A stretch of 64,000 nt of DNA from an uncultured Chloroflexia bacterium (lineage in GTDB: Bacteria; Chloroflexota; Dehalococcoidia; DSTF01; JALHUB01): contig OY969814.1 of NCBI GenBank assembly GCA_963703345.1, positions 1 through 64,000 of the forward strand, written 5' to 3'. Below, one piece after another: positions 8,992 through 18,869 of the stretch (its first letter is position 1; the number at the start of each line of letters is the position of its first letter). Made by a program: the position numbers and the translations under genes. The notes beneath the pieces were generated by a model that did no database searches, was not told the origin of the DNA, and saw nothing but the letters and a program-made list of their open reading frames with translations.

Positions 8992-9666
8992 ATGGAGAGC
9001 CCCGCAAGGTCCATCCGCTTCATTCACAAGGCCATGCGGAACGAGATCGACGCCCTGGACAAAGCTGTAGACAGCCTCGCCGCTGGCGACGGCGACGCGA
9101 CAGCCGAGCTGACCCGTCGCTTCGACTTCCTCTACCGCGTCCTCAAGGCCCACGAGGACGGCGAGGAGGACACCTTCTTCCCGGCGCTCGACCAGCGCGT
9201 CTACCCTGTCTCCGCGCCCTATCTCCTCGACCAACAGACCGACCAGCGCCACATCCGTGAGGCTACCCAGTCCCTCGAAAGGCTGATCGAAGCCCCGGGC
9301 GACCGGGCGCGCGGCGAAATACTTCGCCATCTGCGCCGTCTGACAGCTATAATCAACGCCGCGACGAGCATGCACATTCAGAAGGAAGAGGAGAGCCTCG
9401 TGCCGCTTGTCGAGCAGCATTTCAGCGTCGAAGAGCAGGAGGACATCGCGAGACGGGCCATCGGCCACTTCCCGCCGGAGCTGATGCAACAGACGCTCCC
9501 CTGGCTGGTGCTATCGCTTCCCTCGGACGACCAGGAGGCGTTTCTGCGAATGCTGATGAGCACCGTTCCGCCCGATGCCTTCCACGCGATGTCGGGCCTG
9601 CTATCGACGAGCCTGCCGCCGGCCCAATGGGCGGAGATAGCGAGACGATTGCCCGAAGCGGCGTGA
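8992..9666 (+). CDS. Hemerythrin-like (HHE) domain protein
   Basis: FIHKAMRNE, AHEDGEE..FFPAL, HIQKEEE.LVPL. Confidence 0.85.
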   Translation: MESPARSIRFIHKAMRNEIDALDKAVDSLAAGDGDATAELTRRFDFLYRVLKAHEDGEEDTFFPALDQRVYPVSAPYLLDQQTDQRHIREATQSLERLIEAPGDRARGEILRHLRRLTAIINAATSMHIQKEEESLVPLVEQHFSVEEQEDIARRAIGHFPPELMQQTLPWLVLSLPSDDQEAFLRMLMSTVPPDAFHAMSGLLSTSLPPAQWAEIARRLPEAA

Positions 9667-9696
9667 TACCGACGGGCGAGCCGAAAGGACCAACCA

Positions 9697-11163
9697 GTGA
9701 CAACCCGAACCGAAATCAAGAAATACGGCCTCCTTATCGACGGCGAGTGGCGTCAGCCGAGCAGCGGCGAGACCACCGAGCGTCGCAGCCCCGCCGACCA
9801 ATCGCTCGTCGCCGTGCTGCCGCTCGCCGGCGAGAGCGACCTCGACCTCGCCGTCGCCGCGGCCCGTCGCGCCTTCGACGCCGGCCAGTGGAGTGCCAAC
9901 GCCACCCGTCGCGCCAGGATACTGCGCCAGGCCGCCGCCCGCATCCGAGCGGAGCAGGAAACCCTCGTGCCGCTCCTCGCGCGGGAGGTCGGCAAGACGC
10001 TGTCGGAGGCAAAGGGCGAGGTGCTTTCGATAGCGAACACCTTCGACTCCTACGCCGGCCTCGGCGAGAACGTGCGCGGCCGGGTCGTCGGCAACGCCAC
10101 CGCCGGCGCTCTCGGCATGGTACTGAAGGAGCCGGTTGGAGTAGCCGGACTCATCATTCCCTGGAACTGGCCGCTGATACTCCTCTCGTGGAAGCTGGCC
10201 GCTGCGCTTGCCGCCGGCTGCACGACCGTCATCAAGCCGTCGATCTACACCGGCGCGACGACCTACGAGGTGGCGCGCATCTTCAGCGAAGCGGGAACGC
10301 CGCCGGGGGTGATTAACGTAATTACCGGCAAGTCCAGCGCCATCGGCGACAAGTTCGTCATGCACCCGGACATCGACAAGATCTCCTTCACCGGCTCCAC
10401 CGCTACCGGCCGTCACGTCATGGAGCTCGCCGCTGCCGACATCAAGCGCATCTCGCTGGAGCTCGGCGGCAAGTCCCCCAACGTCGTCTTCGCCGACGCC
10501 GATCTCGACGCCGCGGCTGTTGGCGCCGTGAGCGCCGCCTTCCTCAACACCGGCCAGACCTGCCAGGCGGGAACGCGCCTCCTGCTTCAGCGCTCCGTCT
10601 ACGACGAGTTCATGACGAAGTTCCTCGCGCTCGTTGACAGGATGAAGGTCGGCGACCCGCTCGACCCCTCGACGACCATGGGGCCGCTGGTATCGGAAGA
10701 GCAGTTGGACATCGTGCTGAGCTACGTCGATCTGGGCAAAAAGGAGGGCGCGCGACTGCTCCGCGGCGGCAAGCGACCCAGCGGCCCACCCTACGACAAC
10801 GGCTTCTACATGGAGCCGACGGTGTTCGACGCCGTGGACAACCACATGCGCATCGCCCGGGAAGAGATCTTCGGACCGGTCCTCGTCGTCATTCCCTTCG
10901 ACGACGAGAAGGAGGCGCTGGCCATCGCCAACGACACGATCTACGGACTGGCCGCCGGCGTCTGGTCGAGCAACCTGCGGACGGTCATGAGGTTCGTGCG
11001 CGGCATAAAGGCCGGCACCGTCTGGGTGAACTGCTACCACGGCTGCGGCATTCCCAACGTGCCCTTCGGCGGCTACAAGCAGAGCGGCCTCGGCCGTGAG
11101 CAGGGGCTGGAGGGCATCGACATCTTCCTGGAGACGAAGACCGTCCACGTCAATCACGGCTAA
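9697..11163 (+). CDS. NAD(P)-dependent aldehyde dehydrogenase
   Basis: PWNWP, FTGST.TG, LELGGKSP, GQTC, EEIFGPV, PFGGYKQSG.GRE. Confidence 0.96.
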   Translation: MTTRTEIKKYGLLIDGEWRQPSSGETTERRSPADQSLVAVLPLAGESDLDLAVAAARRAFDAGQWSANATRRARILRQAAARIRAEQETLVPLLAREVGKTLSEAKGEVLSIANTFDSYAGLGENVRGRVVGNATAGALGMVLKEPVGVAGLIIPWNWPLILLSWKLAAALAAGCTTVIKPSIYTGATTYEVARIFSEAGTPPGVINVITGKSSAIGDKFVMHPDIDKISFTGSTATGRHVMELAAADIKRISLELGGKSPNVVFADADLDAAAVGAVSAAFLNTGQTCQAGTRLLLQRSVYDEFMTKFLALVDRMKVGDPLDPSTTMGPLVSEEQLDIVLSYVDLGKKEGARLLRGGKRPSGPPYDNGFYMEPTVFDAVDNHMRIAREEIFGPVLVVIPFDDEKEALAIANDTIYGLAAGVWSSNLRTVMRFVRGIKAGTVWVNCYHGCGIPNVPFGGYKQSGLGREQGLEGIDIFLETKTVHVNHG

Positions 11164-11325
11164 GCGCCAAGAAGGCGACTCGCGCCTTCAGGCCCGGCTC
11201 ATAGGATCAGCGGAACGTTCACGCCTCGAGCACGCGACGTGGCCGTTGTTTCATGCTTCCCGCATGGCGCAGACGTAAGCTTGGATGTTGGTCAAGAGTA
11301 AAGATGATGCGGAGGGAGAACCAAG

Positions 11326-11820
11326 ATGTCAAAAATCAACTTCGTCGCCGAGCCCGGGAAGCAAGAGATCATCGTTACGAGCGTCTTCGACGCGCCGCGC
11401 GATCTGGTCTTCAAGGCGTCCACGGACCCCGATCTCGTAGCTGATTGGTGGGGCCCAAGGAACCTGACAACCAAGGTCGAGAAGATGGAAACGCGGCCGG
11501 GCGGCGCCTGGCGAATCGTCCAGCGGGACCCGCAGGGCAATGTTTATGCGTTCCACGGAGTCTATCACGAGACCACGCCGCCGGAGAGGATCGTCCAGAC
11601 CTTCGAATATGAGGGCATGCCGGGACACGTGCTGCTCGACATCTGCACGCTTGAAGAGTCGAACGGTAGGACCACGTTGACGGACAAATCCATCTTCCTG
11701 TCGGTCGAGGACCGCGACGGGATGCTCGAATCGGGAATGAGGGAAGGCATGAGCGAGAGCATGGAGCGCCTCGGCGAGCTCCTGGAGCGACTTCGGAAGG
11801 GGCAGCGGCAGGCCGCTTAA
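11326..11820 (+). CDS. SRPBCC/AHSA1-like ligand-binding protein
   Basis: FDAPRDLVF.A.TDP....WWGP, RPGG.W, PPERIVQTFEYEG. Confidence 0.9.
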   Translation: MSKINFVAEPGKQEIIVTSVFDAPRDLVFKASTDPDLVADWWGPRNLTTKVEKMETRPGGAWRIVQRDPQGNVYAFHGVYHETTPPERIVQTFEYEGMPGHVLLDICTLEESNGRTTLTDKSIFLSVEDRDGMLESGMREGMSESMERLGELLERLRKGQRQAA

Positions 11821-14396
11821 GCCGCCTGGTCCTCAGCGACGAGCCGTCGCGGACGCGGCAGCTTCCGTCGCTGGTGAAGTCGTATCATAGCCTCGACGAC
11901 CGTGGGACTGAACTGGCTGCCCGAGCAGGAAACGAGTTCTTGCATAGCCGCGGCAATCGACCGTCCCGGCCGGTAGGGACGGTCGCTGGTCATGGCGTCG
12001 AAGCTGTCCGCAACGGAGACGATGGTCGCCGGTTCGGGTATCTCGCCGGCGCCCAGGCCGTCGGGATAGCCGCCGCCGTCCCACCTCTCGTGATGCGACC
12101 GGGCGATGGCCGCCGCAAGCTCGAAGCCGGTGCGCCCGGCCAGGAACTGCTCGCCCCAGACCACGTGGTGCTTCATCAGCTCCCATTCCGCCTCGCTCAG
12201 TCTGCCGGTGTTGGCGAGGACGGAATCAGCGACGCGTATCTTGCCCATGTCATGTAGCACGGCGGCCAGTCCGATCTGACTGGCAAACTCTTCCTCGTGA
12301 CCCAGCTCCAATGCTAGCTGTTCGGAGACCACGCGCACGTTCTGCAGGTGCTCTCCCGTCGTCCGGTCGTGCGCTTCCGCCGCGGCGGCAAGTAGCATCA
12401 CCGTCTCCATGTGCGCTTGGCTGAGGCGTCCGGAGGCCGCGCGCAGCTTCTCGACCAGCGTCTCTAGGCTGACGATCGCTGTCACCTGCGTAGCGATGGC
12501 GCTCAGGAGCTGGGCATCGTGCGGTCCCAGCGCTCCTTCGGCCTTGCAGGCGACGGCGAGGGTGCCGATGAGCTCGTTTCGCCAGAGCATCGGCGCGACG
12601 AGGGCCGACTTCAGTCCAGCTTTGTGCAGCATCCGTCGTTCCGAGTCGGTGAGATGGCTGTTGCTACGTGGGTCGTCCATGATCACCGGTCGTCCCGGGT
12701 GCACGAGCCTGCGAATCGAAGTTTCCGACGTCCGGGCACGGCTTGCCTCGGCGTTCCAGCGCTCGAGCAGTTGTGAAGGAGAGCGCGCGAATGTGCTTAT
12801 GGAAGGCGCCCCGCCCGGATCGTGGTTGAACAGCGAGAAGCTGACGGCATCGTAGCCGGCCGTGACCGATAGTCGATGGGCGACCAGGTGCAGCTTCTCG
12901 TCCAGGTCGCCGCCGCTGGTGAGGAACGGCACGATCTCGCCAAGGATCCTTGCTGCTATGCTGTCTTGGTCATGGGAGGAAAGAAGTTTCGCCGATGTAT
13001 GCTTCGGTTGCCGCTTGGCTGCGTACATCGCACTGTCGGCGAGCTCGATAAGCTCTTCAATCCTCTCGGCTTCGACGGGATAGAGCGCAGTCCCCATGCT
13101 GATATGGACAGGGATGCGGGCTCCCGTCTGAGGGTCTTGCATCGTAAGGTGGGCGAGCGAGCCGACCACATTCTTCTCATAGCGCTCCGCCTCGGCGCGG
13201 CCGGCAGCAGGCAAGAAGGCGATGAACTCGTCGCCTCCGTAGCGGCCGATGAGAGCGCCATCGTTGGACAGCGCCTCGGCAACCGATACGAGCACGCGAT
13301 CACCGGCGGAATGGCCGAACGTGTCGTTGATCGCCTTCAGGTTGTCAACGTCGCTCATCATGACGGCAATGGGTGTGCTGCGTGTCTGTGCTAAAATTTG
13401 TCGAAGCTCGGCGACGATGGCGGCGTGATTGAGGACGCCGGTGAGCGGGTCGCGGCGCATCTGGTCTCGCAGCGCCTCTTCCGCCTTCTTGCGCTCCGTG
13501 ATGTCGCGGAGCACGCCCTCGACGCCGACAATCTTCCCGTACGCATCGCGGACAACGTGTGAACCGACGGAGGAGTTGACCAGGTGGCCGTCCTTCGCCT
13601 TCAGCACCACCTCGTAGTCAGTGACCTCCCCCTTGCTCATCAGCTCATTCAGGAGGCCGCTGCGTTCCTCCGGCCGAACGTAGACGTCGAGGACCTGAGT
13701 CCCGATGAGCTCTTCGCGCGTGTAGCCCCAGCGTTGCACGGCCGGCCCGATTTCGGTGATGATTCCGCGCGCATCGGTGCGATAGAAGATGTCCTGGACG
13801 CTCTCGTAAATCTGACGGTACTTCTCCTCGCTGCCGCGAAGCACCTCCTCGGCACGCACCCGCTCGGAGACGTCGTGAGCGACGCCCAGGATGACGGGCT
13901 CGCCCCTCTCACTCTCGATCAGGGAAGCGGTGGCGACCAGGTAAACGAACGTACCGTCCTTCCGCTTGGCTTTGGTGTTCGTCGGTCCGCCGTATCCGGC
14001 CTCGATGATCTCGACTATCCTAGCCTGAGCCGCGCGCTGCTGTGACTCATCAAGCATATCGTAAAGGGAGAGTTGCGTCAGCTCGTCGCGACTGTAGCCG
14101 AGCAGTTGCAGGGTAGCCTCGTTCGCGTCGAGGAACTTCCCTTCCAGGTCGTGAAGGTAAACGGCGTCGAACGAGCGCTGGAAGAGCGTGCGATAGCGAT
14201 CGTCGCCACGCCTGAGCCTGCGTGAGCGATCGGCGGCGAAGGCGAACGCGCAAGCCAGGGCGAGAGCAGGCGAGGTGCCGGCGAGCACGATCAGTGCAAC
14301 CCAGGAGTCGCGCGAAGCGGCCAGGACGACGCCACAGGCCAGAACCGCGGACAGGGCCAGGACTACCCCGACGGTGAGCCCTCGGACTTTCCTCAT
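11817..14396 (-). CDS. Membrane-anchored PAS-PAS-GGDEF-GAF-HD-GYP c-di-GMP enzyme
   Basis: Two TM helices, two PAS/PAC (DVSERVRAE, DITERKKAE), DPLTG..N, RYGGDEF, GAF (LVAPML..ELIG), LHDMGK, HHERWDGGGYPDG. Confidence 0.92.
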   Translation of the reverse strand: MRKVRGLTVGVVLALSAVLACGVVLAASRDSWVALIVLAGTSPALALACAFAFAADRSRRLRRGDDRYRTLFQRSFDAVYLHDLEGKFLDANEATLQLLGYSRDELTQLSLYDMLDESQQRAAQARIVEIIEAGYGGPTNTKAKRKDGTFVYLVATASLIESERGEPVILGVAHDVSERVRAEEVLRGSEEKYRQIYESVQDIFYRTDARGIITEIGPAVQRWGYTREELIGTQVLDVYVRPEERSGLLNELMSKGEVTDYEVVLKAKDGHLVNSSVGSHVVRDAYGKIVGVEGVLRDITERKKAEEALRDQMRRDPLTGVLNHAAIVAELRQILAQTRSTPIAVMMSDVDNLKAINDTFGHSAGDRVLVSVAEALSNDGALIGRYGGDEFIAFLPAAGRAEAERYEKNVVGSLAHLTMQDPQTGARIPVHISMGTALYPVEAERIEELIELADSAMYAAKRQPKHTSAKLLSSHDQDSIAARILGEIVPFLTSGGDLDEKLHLVAHRLSVTAGYDAVSFSLFNHDPGGAPSISTFARSPSQLLERWNAEASRARTSETSIRRLVHPGRPVIMDDPRSNSHLTDSERRMLHKAGLKSALVAPMLWRNELIGTLAVACKAEGALGPHDAQLLSAIATQVTAIVSLETLVEKLRAASGRLSQAHMETVMLLAAAAEAHDRTTGEHLQNVRVVSEQLALELGHEEEFASQIGLAAVLHDMGKIRVADSVLANTGRLSEAEWELMKHHVVWGEQFLAGRTGFELAAAIARSHHERWDGGGYPDGLGAGEIPEPATIVSVADSFDAMTSDRPYRPGRSIAAAMQELVSCSGSQFSPTVVEAMIRLHQRRKLPRPRRLVAEDQAA

Positions 14397-14552
14397 TTCC
14401 TCACTTCAGTACCCACGCTTCTCGGAGAGGCCACGTTCCGAAGGCCTTCCCCTTATTGTCGGTCGCCGCCAGTTGCGTCTGAACCTGCTTGAGGATGCGC
14501 AGGTCCTGCCCAAGGATGGGACGGGGCGTCGTTCTGGCACGGGGAGGCCGAC

Positions 14553-15407
14553 TCAGGACAAGCGCTCCCGTTGGCTCTTTGACAGGAACGAGAAGGAGAC
14601 GCCCAGGGCCACGAAGATCGCGCCCAGACAGGCGAACGCGACAGCGTTTCGAATAGGAAGCCAGGCCACGTCCCGGCCGAGAGCGTAGAACTGCGCATTC
14701 AGGTAATCACTCTCATGCTCTGCTGCCAGGCGCAGGACGAAGCCCACCGCCATCGAAACGAGCAGCAGCGGCAGCGAGGCGGCCAGCACGGCAACGCCAA
14801 GGCTGGTCAGACGGCCGTAGCCCCGACTCACCGCCATCAGCGCCAGCCCAAGAATCGCTGCCAGCGCGGCAACGGCGATGAGGACGATGCGCATCGCGTC
14901 GTGGTTGCCTTCGGTGAGCAGCCCGGCAGTATAGCGCACGGCTCCCGGCGGCGATAGAACCTGGATGTGAGAAGCACTGCTGTCCTTTCCCTGGAAGGCG
15001 GAGAAACCGTCGGCATAGAGCCTATCGGCAGAGCGGTCGAGGACCAGGTTTCGCAACTCTGCCGACGAGAGGTCCTGGCTCCCACCAACGCTCAAATCGA
15101 CGGCGATCGGAAAGCTCGGGAGACGCGGCTGGGACGTGTCGGCGCTGCTGCTGGAGGTCGCTTGGCCGGGATTGGCAATTACAGCGTCGATCTCCGTCAA
15201 GCTGGCGACGGTCCGGCGCAATACTTCGTGCGAGGCGCCGGCCGCCGACAGTTGCGTGGCGTCAACCGCCAGCAAAAGCACGCCCAGCGTCGAGACAAAG
15301 ACGAGCCCGATAACCCACTTGAAGAACACGCGCCAGAACCCCGCTCCAGCCTTCAGCCCCGGCGACTCGGTCGCCGCGGGCTCCCCCTCGACTCCGGCGT
15401 ACGCCAT
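14553..15407 (-). CDS. Hypothetical multi-pass membrane protein
   Basis: Four hydrophobic segments from ATG 15407; follows the RDD gene in the same direction. Confidence 0.65.
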   Translation of the reverse strand: MAYAGVEGEPAATESPGLKAGAGFWRVFFKWVIGLVFVSTLGVLLLAVDATQLSAAGASHEVLRRTVASLTEIDAVIANPGQATSSSSADTSQPRLPSFPIAVDLSVGGSQDLSSAELRNLVLDRSADRLYADGFSAFQGKDSSASHIQVLSPPGAVRYTAGLLTEGNHDAMRIVLIAVAALAAILGLALMAVSRGYGRLTSLGVAVLAASLPLLLVSMAVGFVLRLAAEHESDYLNAQFYALGRDVAWLPIRNAVAFACLGAIFVALGVSFSFLSKSQRERLS

Positions 15408-15424
15408 CCCAGGCCTCTTTGCAG

Positions 15425-16006
15425 CTAATCGCCGCCTACGACGAGTGTGCCGACGATGCGGTCGTGGAGGGCCCGCCGCTTCCGGTCGGCCAGCACCGTG
15501 GCCAGCGCGACCGGCGTCGCGAGCACGGAAAGCGCGAGAACGGTCGCCGTCGTGAACAGCACGATACTGTTCTGCGTTCTGATCGTGCTGAGGATGACCA
15601 GCAGCACCCAAGGAACCGTTAGCACCGGATGGAAAAGAAGCGGGTTCAGCAAGAACATCCTAAACAGTGCCCTGAGACCACCCAGGCGACCGCCATCGCT
15701 GCGGGCGATGCGAATCCCCACGATGTACTTGCCGACGGTCTGGCCTCGCCACGACAGGAGCCAGACGTTGAACAGCAGCCAGAAGGGAATGACGGCGGCG
15801 ACGATGCCGATGGCGGCGTAGAAAGCGGAATCCGGCGGTTCGCTGTCGCCGAAGTTGCCGCGCACCAGCAACTGGAACATCGCGACCATCCCGAAGAGCG
15901 CCAGGAAGGCAACAAGGATGACCGTATCGAAAACGAACGCGAGGAGGCGCGCTTGCAGGCCCGCGCCCCTTGGCTCAAAGGAACCTACCACCCTAGTCAA
16001 GCCCAA
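15425..16006 (-). CDS. RDD family membrane protein
   Basis: ARLLAFVFD, GQTVGK..VGIRI, RRALHDRIVGT.VV. Confidence 0.9.
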   Translation of the reverse strand: MGLTRVVGSFEPRGAGLQARLLAFVFDTVILVAFLALFGMVAMFQLLVRGNFGDSEPPDSAFYAAIGIVAAVIPFWLLFNVWLLSWRGQTVGKYIVGIRIARSDGGRLGGLRALFRMFLLNPLLFHPVLTVPWVLLVILSTIRTQNSIVLFTTATVLALSVLATPVALATVLADRKRRALHDRIVGTLVVGGD

Positions 16007-16178
16007 TCACCTGCCCGCCGAGAGTCCCAGCGCCTGATTATAACATGCGTCGAATCGCCCCCTCAAAGACGCGTCGCCTTGACTGACGCAAACCGGTCCA
16101 CGTTTGTCAGGCCGCGAAGTCGAATGCTATTCTCAATGGGTGCCGCGTATCATCGACCGAAATGCATCTCAAGCAACA

Positions 16179-17435
16179 ATGAAGAGACTCCCCGTCCCGC
16201 TCGTTCCCCTGGCCGTCGTGGCCGTCATCGTTGCCCTATCGGCGCTGGCAAGCTGGCTGACGCTCAGCGCCATCGGCTTGCCGCTCTCGAAGGATGAGTT
16301 CAACCTGGGCGTCTGGGAGCTGCGCCACTTCCCGAACAAGTGGCTGTATGAGATAGGGCACATCGGCGGCGACGGCGGTCGCAACGCCCAGAACGCCGAC
16401 GTCCAGCGCTACCTCCAGCTCCAGCAGCAGGTCGACGCCCTCACAGCCGAGGAGTCGCGGGAGAGCGCCACGAACGCCTCGCCGGAAGCGATAAGGGCGA
16501 CGTCGCAGCAGCTGGCGCAGGCGCGCGACGACCGGGCGTCGATCCAGGTCCGCGTCCAGTCGATACTGGAGAGCCGCATCTCGTCAGTCGCCTCTGGCCT
16601 GGGCCTCGAGACCACGCTGCCTTTGTTCTCCCGCGTCCACTGGCTCTTCCCGCCGGTCGACTTCGAGTTCGAAGACCCGCCCTACGTACTCATCATCTCG
16701 CCGCGCGAGCGCATCGAAGAGACGAAGGCGACCCTCCTGCGCAACGACCTGTCTCTCGACGAGGCGCAGCGCCTGGAGAGCGACGCCGAAGCGAAGTCCG
16801 ACAACGTCTCGGCGCTCGTTGTGCCGACCGGCGGCATCGGCGCCTATCCGGCCATCGTTGAGCCCAGCGAAAGCTATCTCGACGCCCTCCAGATCGCCTC
16901 CCACGAATGGACGCACGGCTACCTCTACTTCCACCCGTTGGGCGCGCGCTACTTCGAGAACGACACGTTGCGGACGATCAACGAGACCGTCGCCGACATC
17001 GTCGGTCACGAGATGGGCTCGCTCGTCGCGGCGGCTTACCCGCTGGAAACGGTCACGCCCGCGCCGTCGCCAGCGCCGACGTCGCAGCCAACCCCGGACA
17101 GCGTGGACGTCGACCAGGTGCTGCGGCAGCTACGCCTGAACGTCGACTCTTTGCTGGCGCAGGGAAAGGTGACGGACGCGGAGTCGCTGATGGAGCAGAC
17201 GCGACAGTTCCTGGCCGCCCACGGCCACTACTACCGGAAGATAAACCAGGCCTTCTTCGCCTTCTACGGGCTCTACGGGACGACAGGAGCGTCGAGCAGT
17301 CCGATTGGCCCGAAGCTGGAGGAGTTGCGTCAGAAGAGCGCTTCGCTGGGGGACTTCGTGCGCGCCGCGGAGACGATAACGAGCGCGGCGGACCTCGACC
17401 GGCTGCTTGCGGAAGCCGGCGCTACTCCACCTTGA
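16179..17435 (+). CDS. Membrane-anchored putative zinc metallopeptidase (HExxH...E)
   Basis: N-terminal TM, coiled coil, SHEWTHGYL...INETVA. Confidence 0.6.
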   Translation: MKRLPVPLVPLAVVAVIVALSALASWLTLSAIGLPLSKDEFNLGVWELRHFPNKWLYEIGHIGGDGGRNAQNADVQRYLQLQQQVDALTAEESRESATNASPEAIRATSQQLAQARDDRASIQVRVQSILESRISSVASGLGLETTLPLFSRVHWLFPPVDFEFEDPPYVLIISPRERIEETKATLLRNDLSLDEAQRLESDAEAKSDNVSALVVPTGGIGAYPAIVEPSESYLDALQIASHEWTHGYLYFHPLGARYFENDTLRTINETVADIVGHEMGSLVAAAYPLETVTPAPSPAPTSQPTPDSVDVDQVLRQLRLNVDSLLAQGKVTDAESLMEQTRQFLAAHGHYYRKINQAFFAFYGLYGTTGASSSPIGPKLEELRQKSASLGDFVRAAETITSAADLDRLLAEAGATPP

Positions 17436-17646
17436 TGGTCGTGCGCCGCGTCTTGGGGCCCTCCTGCTCTTCCATCTTGTCCAGCGCCGCGTCGATGAGG
17501 CTGCGGAGGGCGCTCAGCATTTCTTTCCGGGCCCCAAGCATGTGCGCCCGCACGTCGGGCGTCAGCACGCCCATGCCGGGCTTCTTTATCCGCAGGACTA
17601 TCTCCCCTTCGGGCGTCCACTCACACTCGAAAAGCTTCTCCGCCAT
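17422..17646 (-). CDS. Small helical protein downstream of the ArsA/Get3 ATPase
   Basis: AAGGAGG SD; H...ARKEMLSALRSLID amphipathic helix and ..IKVE end. Confidence 0.7.
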   Translation of the reverse strand: MAEKLFECEWTPEGEIVLRIKKPGMGVLTPDVRAHMLGARKEMLSALRSLIDAALDKMEEQEGPKTRRTTIKVE

Positions 17647-17669
17647 GCTGGCCTCCTTTGCGGGCCGGA

Positions 17670-18854
17670 TCAGTCCGGCCGCGCGAAGCGAATCGTTAGC
17701 CGGTCATCCTCCAGTTTAGCACTTTCGGTCCGCATGCCGACGAGCACCCGCGGCAGGATGACGTTTCGCTTGTTGGCGCCGACGTGGATGACCAGCTCGT
17801 CGCCTATCTGCGACAGGTGCACGTCTTCCTTGCTGGTGAAGGGAAGCAACAGCGTCAGCACGTAGTCGCCGTTATCCTGGCGCACCGCCTGCGTTTGCCC
17901 GCGGAATTGGACGGGCGTCGGGTCGTCTTCGCCGTATAGAGCGGCGGCGAAGCGCTCGAGCATCTCCAGGCCAACCACCTCCTGGTCCATGAGCGGCGCC
18001 GTCAGGATGGGCAGCGGCGCGAACCCTTCCTCGACCAGCGCGAAGTAGCGCCCCTGGCTCTCCTTCCAGGACGTGAAGTAGGCGTCGGTAACGTCCGGCG
18101 GGATGAGGCGGTTGCAGACGACAAGGTCGCTTGGGTAGCCGTAGAGATTGAGGTAGGTGAACGTGCGCTGCGCTTCCTTGACCACCATCTTCTCAGGGTT
18201 GAGGACGAGCCGGACGGAGCTGAGATTGGCGTCGGTGAGGATGTCGCGCATCTTGTCCAGCCGCTCGAAGAGGTCCTTCAGAGCCACGAAGACGTCGTCT
18301 TCCGGGAAGGGCAGGTCCGTCACGCGCGTCAGCACCGGCCGGGCGATGCGCGCCGCCGTGCGCTGTAAAGGGAAGATGCGATGCAGCCACCAGCGCATCA
18401 CGTCCGGGAAGCTCAGCAGGCGTAGTGTCTCGCCGGTGGGAGCGCAGTCGACGATCACGACGTCGTACTCCCCGCCCTCGTAGTACTTGATTAGGTGGAC
18501 CAGGCCGGCCAGCTCCTCCATGCCCGGGAGCACCGCCATCTCCTCCGCCAGCACCTCGTCGATGCCGCGCCAGGCCATGACGGTGCGCAGGTACTCCTCC
18601 AACGTGCCCCAGTGCTCGTCTACCTCATTGAAGACGTCCAGCTCCTGCGCCCAGAGGTTCTCGGCGATGGGCGTCGGGTCGCCGCCGACCGGCAGGTCGA
18701 AGCTGTCGCCGAGGCTATGCGCCGAGTCCGTGCTCATCACCAGCGTCCGGTGCCCCAGTCGCGCCGAACGCAGCGCCGTCGCCGCCGCCACGCTCGTCTT
18801 GCCGACGCCGCCTTTGCCCGTGTACAGGATTATGCGCATGTCGCGCTGCTTCAT
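17670..18854 (-). CDS. ArsA/Get3-family ATPase with C-terminal HSP20-like domain
   Basis: GKGGVGKT, STDSAHSL.D, PGMEE, DCAPTGETLR; tail LPF..K.DV.L...GDEL.I.VG..KRN..LP. Confidence 0.9.
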   Translation of the reverse strand: MKQRDMRIILYTGKGGVGKTSVAAATALRSARLGHRTLVMSTDSAHSLGDSFDLPVGGDPTPIAENLWAQELDVFNEVDEHWGTLEEYLRTVMAWRGIDEVLAEEMAVLPGMEELAGLVHLIKYYEGGEYDVVIVDCAPTGETLRLLSFPDVMRWWLHRIFPLQRTAARIARPVLTRVTDLPFPEDDVFVALKDLFERLDKMRDILTDANLSSVRLVLNPEKMVVKEAQRTFTYLNLYGYPSDLVVCNRLIPPDVTDAYFTSWKESQGRYFALVEEGFAPLPILTAPLMDQEVVGLEMLERFAAALYGEDDPTPVQFRGQTQAVRQDNGDYVLTLLLPFTSKEDVHLSQIGDELVIHVGANKRNVILPRVLVGMRTESAKLEDDRLTIRFARPD

Positions 18855-18869
18855 CGACGTGTGGCCTCT

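Noticed and set aside
17670-18854. Arsenite-resistance arsA
   Set aside because: Single ATPase domain with HSP20-like tail and no ars genes adjacent.
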